From a virus: a stretch of 40,115 bases of DNA. The translations under genes and the position numbers were made by a program. Shown in pieces: positions 16,841-26,795 of the stretch. Location: the IMG/VR virus record IMGVR_UViG_3300029478_000007. The stretch is one strand, 5' to 3'. Under the pieces are notes generated by a model. The model saw only the letters and a program-made list of their open reading frames with translations. It made no database searches and had not been told where the DNA came from. Positions within the stretch are counted from its first letter, which is position 1. The number at the start of each line of letters is the position of its first letter.

Positions 16841-18004
16841 ATGGCAGCAAAGACCAATCTGACGATGACGAGCGACGTTCAGGTAACCGCTCGTGAAATC
16901 GATTTTGTAACCCGCTTTGCGCGGAACTGGCAGCACCTGCGCGACATTCTAGGCATTATGCGCCCCATCAAAAAGCAGCCGGGAACCGTCCTGAAATCCA
17001 AGACTGCAAGCGTGACGCTCGCGCAGAGCGTCGGCGAGGGCGAAGAGATCCCCTATTCCAAAGCGACTGTCATCGAGAAGGACTATGCGAACATCAACGT
17101 CGAAAAGTACGCGAAGGCGGTCTCCATCGAGGCGATCAAGGAATACGGCTATGACGTTGCCGTCGCAATGACCGACGAAGCTTTCCTGTATGAGCTGCAG
17201 ACCAATGTCACCAATCGTTTCTACGATTATCTGAATACCGGCCTGCTGACCGTCAGCGAAACCAACTGGCAGCGCGCGCTTGCAATGGCGAAGGGCGCTG
17301 TTATCAACAAGTTCAAGCAGATGCACCGCACCGCGACCAACGTTGTTGGCTTCGTGAACGTGATGGATCTGTACGATTACCTCGGCGGCGCCGATATCAC
17401 CATCCAGACTGAATTCGGCTTCCAGTACATCAAGAACTTCATGGGCTATAGCACCGTGTTCCTGCTGTCTGACGATGAGATCAAACGCGGTCGTGTTATT
17501 GCGACTCCGGTCGAGAACATTGTCCTGTACTACATTGACCCAGCTGACAGCGATTTCGCCCGTGCCGGTCTCGACTACAGAACCGACGGAGAAACCAACC
17601 TTGTCGGTTTCCATGTGCAGGGCAACTACTCCACTGCGGTCTCCGAGTCCTTTGCGATCATGGGCATGACCCTGTTCGCGGAGTATCAGGACGGCATTGC
17701 CGTTGCTGACATTGACGAGACCCCGTCGCTCGGCACGCTGACGGTTACCTCTGCGGCGGGCACGGCGACAGGTGACACGAAGATCACGGTAACGCCCGCG
17801 AAGGAAGCAAGCGGCAACGTCTACAAGTACAAGGTAGGCGATTCGGCTGAGACTGTCACCTACGGCCAGAACGTCAGAACGTGGCCGACGTGGGACGGCA
17901 AGTCCGATGTCACGGCAGCGACGGGCAAGAAGATCACAGTCGTTGAGGCTGACGCGACTTACAAAGCGCAGAAGGCTGGCAACGCAACGGTAACGGCAAA
18001 GTAA
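16841..18004 (+). CDS. Major capsid protein with a C-terminal Ig-like (Big_2-like) domain
   Basis: Assigned from position and size. The C-terminal 95 aa (LTVTSAAGTATGDTKITVTPA...ATVTAK) look like a bacterial Ig-like domain. Confidence 0.8.
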   Translation: MAAKTNLTMTSDVQVTAREIDFVTRFARNWQHLRDILGIMRPIKKQPGTVLKSKTASVTLAQSVGEGEEIPYSKATVIEKDYANINVEKYAKAVSIEAIKEYGYDVAVAMTDEAFLYELQTNVTNRFYDYLNTGLLTVSETNWQRALAMAKGAVINKFKQMHRTATNVVGFVNVMDLYDYLGGADITIQTEFGFQYIKNFMGYSTVFLLSDDEIKRGRVIATPVENIVLYYIDPADSDFARAGLDYRTDGETNLVGFHVQGNYSTAVSESFAIMGMTLFAEYQDGIAVADIDETPSLGTLTVTSAAGTATGDTKITVTPAKEASGNVYKYKVGDSAETVTYGQNVRTWPTWDGKSDVTAATGKKITVVEADATYKAQKAGNATVTAK

Positions 18005-18019
18005 GGAGGCGGCAGCGCA

Positions 18020-18439
18020 ATGCTAACCGAATTGTGCGGGGTTCTGCGGAACTGGTTTGAAACGGATCGGATCAGCGGAACGTACACAGTAGAAAACGGC
18101 AGCATTGCGCTGCCGTTCCTGCAAGAAGGGCAATTCTTCCGGATTGTAGGTTCCGTTTTTAATGACGGTGTGCACCAATACCCGGATTACGGGATGGCCG
18201 ACGAGACCTTTGATGGCTCTGTCTGGCCGATGGCCGTCCCGTCCGCTGTCCTCGCCCTCGAAGCTGAGATCAGAGCATGGCAGGAGAAAAACGGGGACGC
18301 GGCAGCAAGCCCGTTTACCTCGGAAAGCTTCGGAGGCTATAGCTACTCGAAGGGATCGAGCGGAAGTGCCTCCGCGAATGGGGCTGTGACATGGCAGACG
18401 ACGTTCAAATCGCGCATGAACCAGTGGAGGAAGATCTGA
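18020..18439 (+). CDS. Head-tail connector / adaptor protein
   Basis: Assigned from its position after the capsid gene and its size. Confidence 0.55.
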   Translation: MLTELCGVLRNWFETDRISGTYTVENGSIALPFLQEGQFFRIVGSVFNDGVHQYPDYGMADETFDGSVWPMAVPSAVLALEAEIRAWQEKNGDAAASPFTSESFGGYSYSKGSSGSASANGAVTWQTTFKSRMNQWRKI

Positions 18440-18440
18440 T

Positions 18441-18791
18441 ATGAGTTTACTTGATGATTTTGCCCGCCCGTGCGTGCTGCTCGAAAAAAGCCGGACGCCG
18501 GACGGAGCGGGCGGTTACGTCACGATATGGACGGACGGGGCGGAATTCGCAAATTACCAGATGCTCGATACGTCCATGGAGGCTCGCAGAGCGGAGAAGG
18601 AGGGCGTGACAAGCGTTTACTCGGTGCTTGTGCAAAAAGCCGTACCAATCGATTATAACGACTTCTTCCGCGACAAGACGACCGGCGAGACGTACCGCGT
18701 CACGTCCGAGCCAAAGGACAAGCAAACACCGAAGTCCGCAAGCTTCGATCTGAAATACTTCACTGCAGAAAAGAAAGCGCTGCCAACATGA
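18441..18791 (+). CDS. Head closure / head-tail joining protein
   Basis: Assigned from position. Contains a DGAGGYV...W motif typical of head-closure proteins. Confidence 0.55.
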   Translation: MSLLDDFARPCVLLEKSRTPDGAGGYVTIWTDGAEFANYQMLDTSMEARRAEKEGVTSVYSVLVQKAVPIDYNDFFRDKTTGETYRVTSEPKDKQTPKSASFDLKYFTAEKKALPT

Positions 18792-19156
18792 CGAAAGACA
18801 AAGCATTGCATGCGTGGTTCTCGCAATTTCTCACGGCATACCCCACATCAAGTGTCCCGGACGATGCCGTTTTTCCGTGGCTGACCTATGAGCTGATTAC
18901 CGGCGCGTGGGACAGCGGGGAAATCGGCCTGACAGTGAATCTCTGGTACTACACAACGCAGGAAGCAGAACCAAACGCGAAAGCGCAGGAAATCTCGGAC
19001 GCTATCGGCTTGGGCGGCGTGTTTGTGCCGTGTGACGACGGCGCAATCTGGATCAAGCGCGGATCTCCGTGGTGCCAGAACGTCCGGGACGATTCTGATG
19101 CAAATATCAAGCGGCGGTATTTGAACGTCACAATCGAATACATTACCGCGAACTGA
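18788..19156 (+). CDS. Tail completion / tail terminator-type protein
   Basis: Assigned from its position upstream of the major tail gene. Confidence 0.5.
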   Translation: MTKDKALHAWFSQFLTAYPTSSVPDDAVFPWLTYELITGAWDSGEIGLTVNLWYYTTQEAEPNAKAQEISDAIGLGGVFVPCDDGAIWIKRGSPWCQNVRDDSDANIKRRYLNVTIEYITAN

Positions 19157-19169
19157 AAGGACTGATTTC

Positions 19170-19760
19170 ATGGCGAAATTTACAAAAATTCCGGCGGATA
19201 CGTTTAAGCAGCTGCAAATCAATGCTGGCGTTGTTTTGAGCAAATTTACGCCTGCAACCGGAACGTTTGAACCGGAGAACCAGATCGGCGCAACTACCGG
19301 AGGCGTTACATTTTCCGCGACACCGACGTATTCTGACTACGGCTCGGATGTGGATAATTGCCCAAAGAACACAATGGAAATGAAGCGGATGGACGATGTC
19401 GAAGTGAAACTTTCCGGTACATATGTAACGGCTACGACTGCCTCCGCGAAATCTCTTATGGCGGCGGCTGACATCGACGGCACAGATACGACGAAGGTTG
19501 TTCCTCGGCGCGATCTTTCACCGACTGACTTTGCGGACATCTGGCTTGTGGGTGATTATTCCGACAAGAACGGTGCGACAAACGGTGGTTTCATTGCTAT
19601 TCGTCTTATGAACGCGCTATCGACCGGCGGATTCCAGCTGAAAACCGCCGACAAGGGCAAGGGGCAGATGGCGTTTGAGTACACGGCGCACTATTCGATG
19701 TCAAAGCAGGACGTTGTGCCATATGAGGTTTATATCAAAGCCGGTACGGCTGAAACGTAA
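19170..19760 (+). CDS. Major tail protein
   Basis: 196 aa, directly upstream of the chaperone pair and the tape measure gene. Confidence 0.7.
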   Translation: MAKFTKIPADTFKQLQINAGVVLSKFTPATGTFEPENQIGATTGGVTFSATPTYSDYGSDVDNCPKNTMEMKRMDDVEVKLSGTYVTATTASAKSLMAAADIDGTDTTKVVPRRDLSPTDFADIWLVGDYSDKNGATNGGFIAIRLMNALSTGGFQLKTADKGKGQMAFEYTAHYSMSKQDVVPYEVYIKAGTAET

Positions 19761-19772
19761 GGAGAAGAAAGT

Positions 19773-20141
19773 ATGAAATTTTCGGAACTTAGCACTGATA
19801 GGGCGGCTGACGTTCTTTGCGAGGTCAGCGTGTGCGCGCTCAACATCCTGACCGATGATGAGCTGCGGGAGAGTCTGAAAGCACAGATCGACGCGGAGAA
19901 GCCGCAGACGGCGGGAGAACGGTACGCGATCGGTGCGCAGAAGATCGGTCAGTGGATTCCTCTGATTCTGAAAAAGCACCGGGAAGATACGCTTGGTATT
20001 CTGGCTGCGATCAACGAAACGACTGTTGAGGCGATCAAAAAGCAGAGCGTCCTAAAAACCATGTGGCAGATTCAGGAGATCGTCAAGGACAAGGATATGC
20101 AGAATTTTTTCAAATCGTGCGCGTCGGAGGCGAAAGCGTAA
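19773..20141 (+). CDS. Tail assembly chaperone (G-like, short form)
   Basis: Assigned from position. A slippery site lies near its 3' end. Confidence 0.75.
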   Translation: MKFSELSTDRAADVLCEVSVCALNILTDDELRESLKAQIDAEKPQTAGERYAIGAQKIGQWIPLILKKHREDTLGILAAINETTVEAIKKQSVLKTMWQIQEIVKDKDMQNFFKSCASEAKA

Positions 20142-20425
20142 CGCTTGCGCTTCTGGCAGCTCCAAAGATAAGCGCGGGAGGGCTGATTCGCCTTTTGCCG
20201 ATTTTGGTAAAGCGGCAGCAGGAAGAATCAGCCTTCCGTATTTATACGGCGGAGTGTTTGCGCACAATGACGGAAAACACAGCAAAATTCGCGGGCGGCA
20301 GCTTTGTGCAGGCAAAATATTCCGATCTGATAGACCCGAAGCCGCAGGACAACCGAACCTGCGAAGAAATCACCGCCGAGGTTGTTAAGCGGTGCGGATT
20401 GGTGGTGAAGCATGAATCTATTTGA
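19773..20425 (+). CDS. Tail assembly chaperone, -1 frameshifted long form (GT-like)
   Basis: The -1 frame is open from 20063 to 20425. A shift at 20105-20111 yields ...NFFQIVRVGGESVTLALL... Confidence 0.7.
20105..20111 (+). promoter_or_regulatory. Programmed -1 ribosomal frameshift heptamer T_TTT_TTC
   Basis: The zero-frame codons are aat ttt ttc, so the X_XXY_YYZ pattern is satisfied. The downstream ORF lies in the -1 frame. Confidence 0.7.
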
Positions 20426-22439
20426 ACTTTTTGTAAAAATCGGCGCGGACACGTCTGAAGCGGACAAGGGCATTGACGAAACCGGGAAGAAAACATCTGG
20501 GCTTGGCGAAAAAATAAAGAGCGGGCTTGCAACTGTCGGAAAGGCCGCGGTAGTCGGCGTGACGGCAGCGGCGACGGCAATCGGCACAATCGGCACAAAG
20601 GCGATCCAGGCATACGCAGACTATGAGCAGCTCGTCGGCGGCGTGGAGACGCTTTTTAAGGATAGCCAAGATAAAGTCATGGAGTACGCAAACAACGCGT
20701 ATAAAACCGCTGGGTTGTCCGCAAATGAGTACATGGAAACGGTTACGAGTTTTTCTGCATCCCTGCTGCAGTCCCTCGACGGCGACACCAGCGCTGCGGC
20801 AGAAAAAGCAAACTTGGCGCTGACCGATATGTCCGACAACGCGAACAAAATGGGCACGGACATGACATCAATCCAGAACGCATATCAGGGGTTCGCAAAA
20901 GCAAATTACACCATGCTCGATAACCTGAAGCTCGGCTACGGCGGTACGCAGGCCGAAATGCAGCGGTTGCTTGAAGACGCGGAGAAAATCTCCGGCATCA
21001 AGTACGACATTTCCAGCTATGCGGATATCGTGGACGCGATCCATATCGTGCAGACCGAAATGGGAATCACCGGCACGACCGCAAAAGAAGCCGCGTCCAC
21101 GATTCAAGGCTCGTTCGGCATGGTAAAAGCCGCATGGCAGAACCTTGTGACCGGCCTTGCAGACCCGGATCAGGACTTGGGAACCCTCGTCGGGAACTTT
21201 ACAGATTCCGTTGTTGTCGCAGGAAACAACCTGATTCCGCGCATTCAGGAATTACTGCCGCGTATCGTGGAGGCTGTAACGTCTCTTGTTGGAACGGTCA
21301 GCGAGCAGCTGCCCGCACTGCTTGAATCTGTCCTTCCCTCGCTCATCGAGGGCGCGACAAGCCTGGTTACCGGGCTCATGTCCGCGCTCCCGGAGATTCT
21401 TACCGTGCTGGGAGACATTGCGCCGACAGCCATTGGGATTCTCGTTCCGGCTATAGTCGAGCTTCTGCCGGAAATCATTCAAACCGGTATAGATGTTGTT
21501 ATCTCTCTGGTACAAGGCATTACGGAGACGCTCCCGGAATTGATCCCGGCGGCAACAGAAGCAATCATCAAAATCGCTGAAACGCTGACCGACCCTGGAA
21601 ATCTCGGGAATTTGGTAGATGCGGCGCTTGAGATCATCCTCGCTCTGGCGGACGGAATCATTGACGCCGTCCCGAGGCTGCTTGAGGTGGCTCCCAAGCT
21701 TATCACAAATCTCATCACCGCGCTTATTGAAAACTTCCCCAAAATCATCGAATCCGGCGTAAAGCTTGTCATGTCGCTCGTCGACGGCCTGATTAAATCC
21801 ATTCCGCAGCTTACTGCGGCTGTGCCAAAACTCATTATCGGGATTGTACAGGGGATTCTTAACAATCTTCCGCAAATCATCATGTCAGGCCCGAAAATTA
21901 TCATGGCGCTTATTGAGGGACTTATCAGTGCAATCCCCGACCTCATCATGGCGATCCCAACGCTAATCCAGTCAATCGTTGAAACTTTTTTGGATTATGA
22001 TTGGGGCAGTATCGGCGGCAATATTGTAGATGGCATCAAGAATGGATTCCTCCGTATGTGGGAGAACCTGAAACAAACTGTAAGCAACATGGTCAATGGC
22101 CTTGTGAGCGGCGTCAAGAGCATCCTCGGGATTGCGTCCCCGTCTAAAGTCTTCGCCGGAATCGGCGGCTACATGGCAGAAGGACTCGGGCAGGGCTTTG
22201 ACAGGGAAATGCTCGGGGTGCGGAGAGATATCGAAGATCAGATGACCTTCGGAACAACGTCATTCTCCGTGTCCGGCGCGGCAAAGTCCTCTGTTGGCGT
22301 CGTGAACGGCCTGCTTGCCAACAACCAGCCCGGAACGCCAATGCAGATCAACCTTGTACTCGACGGACAGACGATAGCAAGAGCAATATTCGATCCGCTG
22401 CGGGGCGAGATCGTACAAAGGGGTGTATCGCTTGCGTAG
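20412..22439 (+). CDS. Tape measure protein
   Basis: 675 aa, helical and A/L/I/G-rich, positioned after the chaperone pair. Confidence 0.85.
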   Translation: MNLFELFVKIGADTSEADKGIDETGKKTSGLGEKIKSGLATVGKAAVVGVTAAATAIGTIGTKAIQAYADYEQLVGGVETLFKDSQDKVMEYANNAYKTAGLSANEYMETVTSFSASLLQSLDGDTSAAAEKANLALTDMSDNANKMGTDMTSIQNAYQGFAKANYTMLDNLKLGYGGTQAEMQRLLEDAEKISGIKYDISSYADIVDAIHIVQTEMGITGTTAKEAASTIQGSFGMVKAAWQNLVTGLADPDQDLGTLVGNFTDSVVVAGNNLIPRIQELLPRIVEAVTSLVGTVSEQLPALLESVLPSLIEGATSLVTGLMSALPEILTVLGDIAPTAIGILVPAIVELLPEIIQTGIDVVISLVQGITETLPELIPAATEAIIKIAETLTDPGNLGNLVDAALEIILALADGIIDAVPRLLEVAPKLITNLITALIENFPKIIESGVKLVMSLVDGLIKSIPQLTAAVPKLIIGIVQGILNNLPQIIMSGPKIIMALIEGLISAIPDLIMAIPTLIQSIVETFLDYDWGSIGGNIVDGIKNGFLRMWENLKQTVSNMVNGLVSGVKSILGIASPSKVFAGIGGYMAEGLGQGFDREMLGVRRDIEDQMTFGTTSFSVSGAAKSSVGVVNGLLANNQPGTPMQINLVLDGQTIARAIFDPLRGEIVQRGVSLA

Positions 22440-22803
22440 GATTAAAATCACGGACGGAACAAACACGGTCACGCTTCTGCGCGATCTCGTGTTCACGATT
22501 CAGCCGAAGGATATTGGCGCAACCGCGACAATGGCATCCGGAAAGACGGTTATGGATATCATCGGGGTAAAAAATGAATTGAAAATCCCGACGGGATGGC
22601 TTTCTGTCGCCGATCTCCGAAAACTCCGCAGCATGATCAACACGAAACATGTGTTGAGCGTGACATACCCGGATGTAGACGGCGACAAAACAAGGGATTT
22701 CCTTTTTGAACAGCCGGAATACAAGGCGATTATCTACGATGAGGACGGCGTATCGCAGTGGTGCGGCGTCACGATCTCCGCGACACAGCAAGGGGTGGAT
22801 TGA
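22423..22803 (+). CDS. Small tail protein (distal-tail region)
   Basis: GTG start at 22423, or TTG at 22432 after AAAGGGG. Assigned from its position after the tape measure gene. Confidence 0.55.
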   Translation: MYRLRRIKITDGTNTVTLLRDLVFTIQPKDIGATATMASGKTVMDIIGVKNELKIPTGWLSVADLRKLRSMINTKHVLSVTYPDVDGDKTRDFLFEQPEYKAIIYDEDGVSQWCGVTISATQQGVD

Positions 22804-24317
22804 TGCAGAAGGTATCAAGCAATTACGCACCGTTTACACCGGTGCGTGAGGTCGGCATGCTTGTCCGGTTTTACATTGTTGACCCGTCGGCAAAGAAGAA
22901 CGGTACGGCCTCTGCATCGGATTCGGCACCAGGCACAAGCGCCGCCGAAACAATCAGCGACAGAGAAACCATATCCGGGAAGTTCGCTGGGCTTGAATTG
23001 AACCGGTGGGTTCTGGATGGGACAATCGATATTCCGAACGATAGCTTTGACGGGCAATATGTTGGCTGGTGGAGCGGAGTAGCATCAAACGAGAGCGCCG
23101 AAATGGCAAGCACAATTACGTTTGAATTCTCCGCGCCGGTATCCACGATTGGCTGGGCGATGCTGTTTGATGAAAAAATGAACCAATACCCGGCGCAGAT
23201 CACAATTACCGCATATGCGAGCGACGGAACGACGGTCGCAACTGGAACAAAGATGATCACGCAGGCGCGGCAGAACATCAGCATGACTGCCGCAAATTAC
23301 ACAAAGCTGACGATTCGATTTGACAAGACGTTCCTGCCAAAGACACGCGCCCGGCTGCGGCAGATCGATTTCGGCCTGACGGAAACCTACGAAAACGACA
23401 CAATGGCCGACGTGAAGATCATAGAGGAAGCATCCGTTTCCTGCGAATCGTTCCCGTCCCGGCAGATTTCCTTTACATTCGACAACGCGGATCATCGGTA
23501 CAACATTCTGAACCCGGACGGCGTTTTCTCCGTGATTCAGGATGGCCAGAAATTGCTTGCCAGATGCATTGTAAACGGAGAGAGCATAGACGTTGGCGAG
23601 TTCTTTTTTACGTCCGTTACAGCACGCGATTCCGGCGTTACGGCACAGCTTGTCGGAAACGATATGGCTGCGACACTCGATCGCGCAACCTATGAGGCCG
23701 GAAACGCTACCGCGTGCGAGCTTCAGACTGTAGTTGCGTCCGTACTGGAAGGATACGACGTCACTGTGATCTACGGCGGCGGCGCAGACAAAAGAACGGT
23801 AGTCCCTGCAATCCCTCGGAAGACGACGAGACGCGAGGCGATCCGGATTCTGGCACAGGCCGCAATGTGCTCCGCGTGGTTTGATCGATCCGGAAACCTG
23901 CACATCGCGGAGCTTTCAGCAGGCGCAGTATTGGGAGAAATAACGCCGGATGAGCTTTATAACTATGACGGTGTGTCCATATCGGAAGCGGTTGATTGCG
24001 TAGAGCTGCACGTTAAGAGCGACTACGCGAATATCGATACGACGATCACCGCCGGGAGCGGCAAAAACATCAAGAGCGTAAATAACCCGTGCGTAGCGCC
24101 TGCAAACTATCAGAGTGTGGCCGCGTGGCTGCTTGCGCAGTATAATCGCCGAAAGATCTACAGCGTGAAAAACCGGGGCAACCCAGCGCTCGAAACCGGC
24201 GACACCATCAAAATCTCCGACGCATTCGCACAAAACGAAAATGCTGTGCAGACCGGTATGGAACTGACGTTCAGCGGAGGCGGAATTTATGCCGTAACGA
24301 AAGGAGTTGGCGCATGA
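22803..24317 (+). CDS. Tail tip / baseplate-type protein (504 aa)
   Basis: The ATG at 22803 overlaps the upstream stop. Assigned from size and position. Confidence 0.6.
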   Translation: MQKVSSNYAPFTPVREVGMLVRFYIVDPSAKKNGTASASDSAPGTSAAETISDRETISGKFAGLELNRWVLDGTIDIPNDSFDGQYVGWWSGVASNESAEMASTITFEFSAPVSTIGWAMLFDEKMNQYPAQITITAYASDGTTVATGTKMITQARQNISMTAANYTKLTIRFDKTFLPKTRARLRQIDFGLTETYENDTMADVKIIEEASVSCESFPSRQISFTFDNADHRYNILNPDGVFSVIQDGQKLLARCIVNGESIDVGEFFFTSVTARDSGVTAQLVGNDMAATLDRATYEAGNATACELQTVVASVLEGYDVTVIYGGGADKRTVVPAIPRKTTRREAIRILAQAAMCSAWFDRSGNLHIAELSAGAVLGEITPDELYNYDGVSISEAVDCVELHVKSDYANIDTTITAGSGKNIKSVNNPCVAPANYQSVAAWLLAQYNRRKIYSVKNRGNPALETGDTIKISDAFAQNENAVQTGMELTFSGGGIYAVTKGVGA

Positions 24318-24805
24318 GCACCATCATTGACACCCTCGTCACCGACCGGACGCAGGCAGACGTTGACCGGGTGCGGGAGCTGGCCGCGAAGGGCTTTGCT
24401 GCCATGACCGCAGCCGAGCAGGCGGAATGGCTGGCTGGGATGAAGGGCGCGTACAACGCAAGCGACATGAATCGCGTGGGAACCGCCATGAACTATCTGG
24501 CGGCGCGTCTTGCGCCGGTCTGCGGCATGAGTATCGCATGGTCCGCAAAAACAGATTGGGCAGCAACGGACATTATAACGGCATCACAGGCCGAGGCATA
24601 CCGCAAGCAGGTGCAGTCCATCCGGGATGCACTGGCATACCCCGAAGGAACGCCGGACGCGCCCGGCCTCGACCGGCTGACCTACACCGGCGCAAACGAC
24701 ATCGAGCGCATTCTTGCGCTCTGCGAGGAACTGATCGACAACATCACAAAGGCGTTCCGCTACACCGGCGCTGCGGAATGCGCAGCAGGAGGTCTTCTGA
24801 CATGA
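24314..24805 (+). CDS. Tail-associated protein (163 aa; N-terminal TDRTQADVDRV motif)
   Basis: Assigned from position. The motif is common in gut-phage fibre-region proteins (recollection). Confidence 0.5.
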   Translation: MSTIIDTLVTDRTQADVDRVRELAAKGFAAMTAAEQAEWLAGMKGAYNASDMNRVGTAMNYLAARLAPVCGMSIAWSAKTDWAATDIITASQAEAYRKQVQSIRDALAYPEGTPDAPGLDRLTYTGANDIERILALCEELIDNITKAFRYTGAAECAAGGLLT

Positions 24806-26328
24806 AAGATAGACAGCCAACACAAGTTTTATCCAACGGCGCAATCCGGTACGGCTTTTATAACGCCGACGGAACCCTGAATCACTACGAATATCTCAAG
24901 CGAGACGACGCCCCGACCGAAGAGGGTACGCCTCTCAATAAGGCAAACTTACTCTCCGATGCTACTGCGGCCAAGATCTGGCCCGGCGCAGCCACGCGGC
25001 CGGAAGACCCCACGGTGAATGACGCTCTTTTCAAGCTTGCAAAAGGAACATCCGAGGTCGGTGACATTACCATCACCGCCCGCACAGACTTGTCCAGCGC
25101 GTGGCTCCCGTGCGACGGGCGCACCGTGTCGCAGGAGCAGTACCCGTCTCTCTGCGCTGTGCTTCGGACACCGGACAGCCCTGCAATCTGGACGGAAAAG
25201 ACTGTATCAACAAACATCGGAGCGGGCGGCGATGCACTTTCCTACGAAAACGGACACTGGTTCCGCACATACCGGGACGCAACATCCGCGCACATTCTGG
25301 TATCAGACGATGGAGAGACATGGACAGAATGGGCAATGCCGCAGAATTTCTGGTTAAACTCGACGATTCTTTCGACGCGCGTTGTGGCTGCTCATGCCGT
25401 GAAATATTGCGGTGGAATGTATGTGTGCAGCGTGTTGGTGCTGTGTGCAAAATCGTCCGAAGTCTCGTATTATCGAGGCGTTCTGTTTGCGTCTGACGTA
25501 TTTGGCCAGGTCCGAATCGATGCACCAGACCGTCAGGTATGGTATAACTCCTATTCCGAAATCGCAGACGACTTCGCAGGCACAACAAACGATGTCTACT
25601 GGGACGGTCAGCGCTTTTTTGTACTGGGAACGCAGCAGGATAGCTACAATAGGTATGCTGTGATTAGATACACAAATCAGCTTACAAGCAAGAGCGGTCC
25701 CGCGGAAAGCGACGATCAGGCGTGGACTGGAGGGGCGCTGACGAACGACACACCTCTCGGCATGTACGTCCGAAAGACGGACGGAATGATAATGATTTTG
25801 TGCATGTACAGCCGCAGTACTGAGTATTCGACAAATGTATATTATACAAAAAATGTGGCTGGCAATTTATCCAGCGTGAGCATCACTGGAACGGAAAGTG
25901 CCAACGAAAAATTCGGTAATTTTGTGGAGTTCAATGGTGCCGTGTATATATGCGATATAGATTACGGGCGGACATACAAAATAACCGGGGCTGACGCTTT
26001 AACATCCGCACTGATGAGCGACGTCAGCGCATTTAACTATGGAACCGCTTGTGCGGGGCAGATCGTAGCAGTATATCAAAATGGGACTAATCAGAGAAAA
26101 ATAATGATAGCCGAAGATATAGAACAGGGTTGGGATTTCACCGCGACGCTCAGCGCAGCGGCAGGGAATCAACCTGCAGCCGCTGGGACGATCGTAAGGA
26201 TTCCATGCTCGTCCAACGGAGCGGTGGTAAAGGATATCATGCACAACTTTGCGTATGACAACAAGAAAATTCCGAACATCACCACAGACGCCCGCAGTAA
26301 AGCCTACATCAAAGCACTGGAGGAATAG
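24802..26328 (+). CDS. Tail fibre / receptor-binding protein with a tail-collar-like motif
   Basis: The ATG at 24802 was chosen inside ORF 24427..26328. Motif WLPCDGRTVSQEQYPSLCAVL, followed by a large C-terminal domain. Confidence 0.65.
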   Translation: MKDRQPTQVLSNGAIRYGFYNADGTLNHYEYLKRDDAPTEEGTPLNKANLLSDATAAKIWPGAATRPEDPTVNDALFKLAKGTSEVGDITITARTDLSSAWLPCDGRTVSQEQYPSLCAVLRTPDSPAIWTEKTVSTNIGAGGDALSYENGHWFRTYRDATSAHILVSDDGETWTEWAMPQNFWLNSTILSTRVVAAHAVKYCGGMYVCSVLVLCAKSSEVSYYRGVLFASDVFGQVRIDAPDRQVWYNSYSEIADDFAGTTNDVYWDGQRFFVLGTQQDSYNRYAVIRYTNQLTSKSGPAESDDQAWTGGALTNDTPLGMYVRKTDGMIMILCMYSRSTEYSTNVYYTKNVAGNLSSVSITGTESANEKFGNFVEFNGAVYICDIDYGRTYKITGADALTSALMSDVSAFNYGTACAGQIVAVYQNGTNQRKIMIAEDIEQGWDFTATLSAAAGNQPAAAGTIVRIPCSSNGAVVKDIMHNFAYDNKKIPNITTDARSKAYIKALEE

Positions 26329-26331
26329 CCC

Positions 26332-26766
26332 GTGAAGGATAGAAAGCCGACCAAAGTCCTGCAAAACGGCGCGGTACAGTATTCGGTGACCAGAGTCTCC
26401 ATGGGTGTGACTGCAACCAGAGAAGAATGGATTTGCCCAGAGGATGAACCGCTGGAGGCAGGGACGCCGCTCACGGCCGGGAACCTGCTGACGGCACAGA
26501 GCGCTGCAAAGATCTGGCGAGCGGGCGACGCACCGGCGAACCCGATGGTAAATGAGGCGCTTGCGAAGCTGGCAGAGCCAAACTATCACGTCGGCGACAC
26601 CCTCACGACTGTCCGCGTACTCTCTGCCCCATGGCACGCATGCGACGGCTCGACCTTCTCGCGGACGGCCTACCCGGCGCTTTATGCAGTCCTCGGCGGC
26701 ACGACGCTGCCAAGCATCAGCTATTCCAGTGATACCACCACCTACATCAAAATGGCGGACGACTAG
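26332..26766 (+). CDS. Short paralogue of the fibre N-terminus plus collar motif (144 aa, GTG start)
   Basis: VKDRKPTKVLQNGAVQY matches MKDRQPTQVLSNGAIRY, and WHACDGSTFSRTAYPALYAVL matches the collar motif of the long fibre. Confidence 0.6.
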   Translation: MKDRKPTKVLQNGAVQYSVTRVSMGVTATREEWICPEDEPLEAGTPLTAGNLLTAQSAAKIWRAGDAPANPMVNEALAKLAEPNYHVGDTLTTVRVLSAPWHACDGSTFSRTAYPALYAVLGGTTLPSISYSSDTTTYIKMADD

Positions 26767-26795
26767 CCAAAAAAACAAAGAAAGGTACATAAAAC

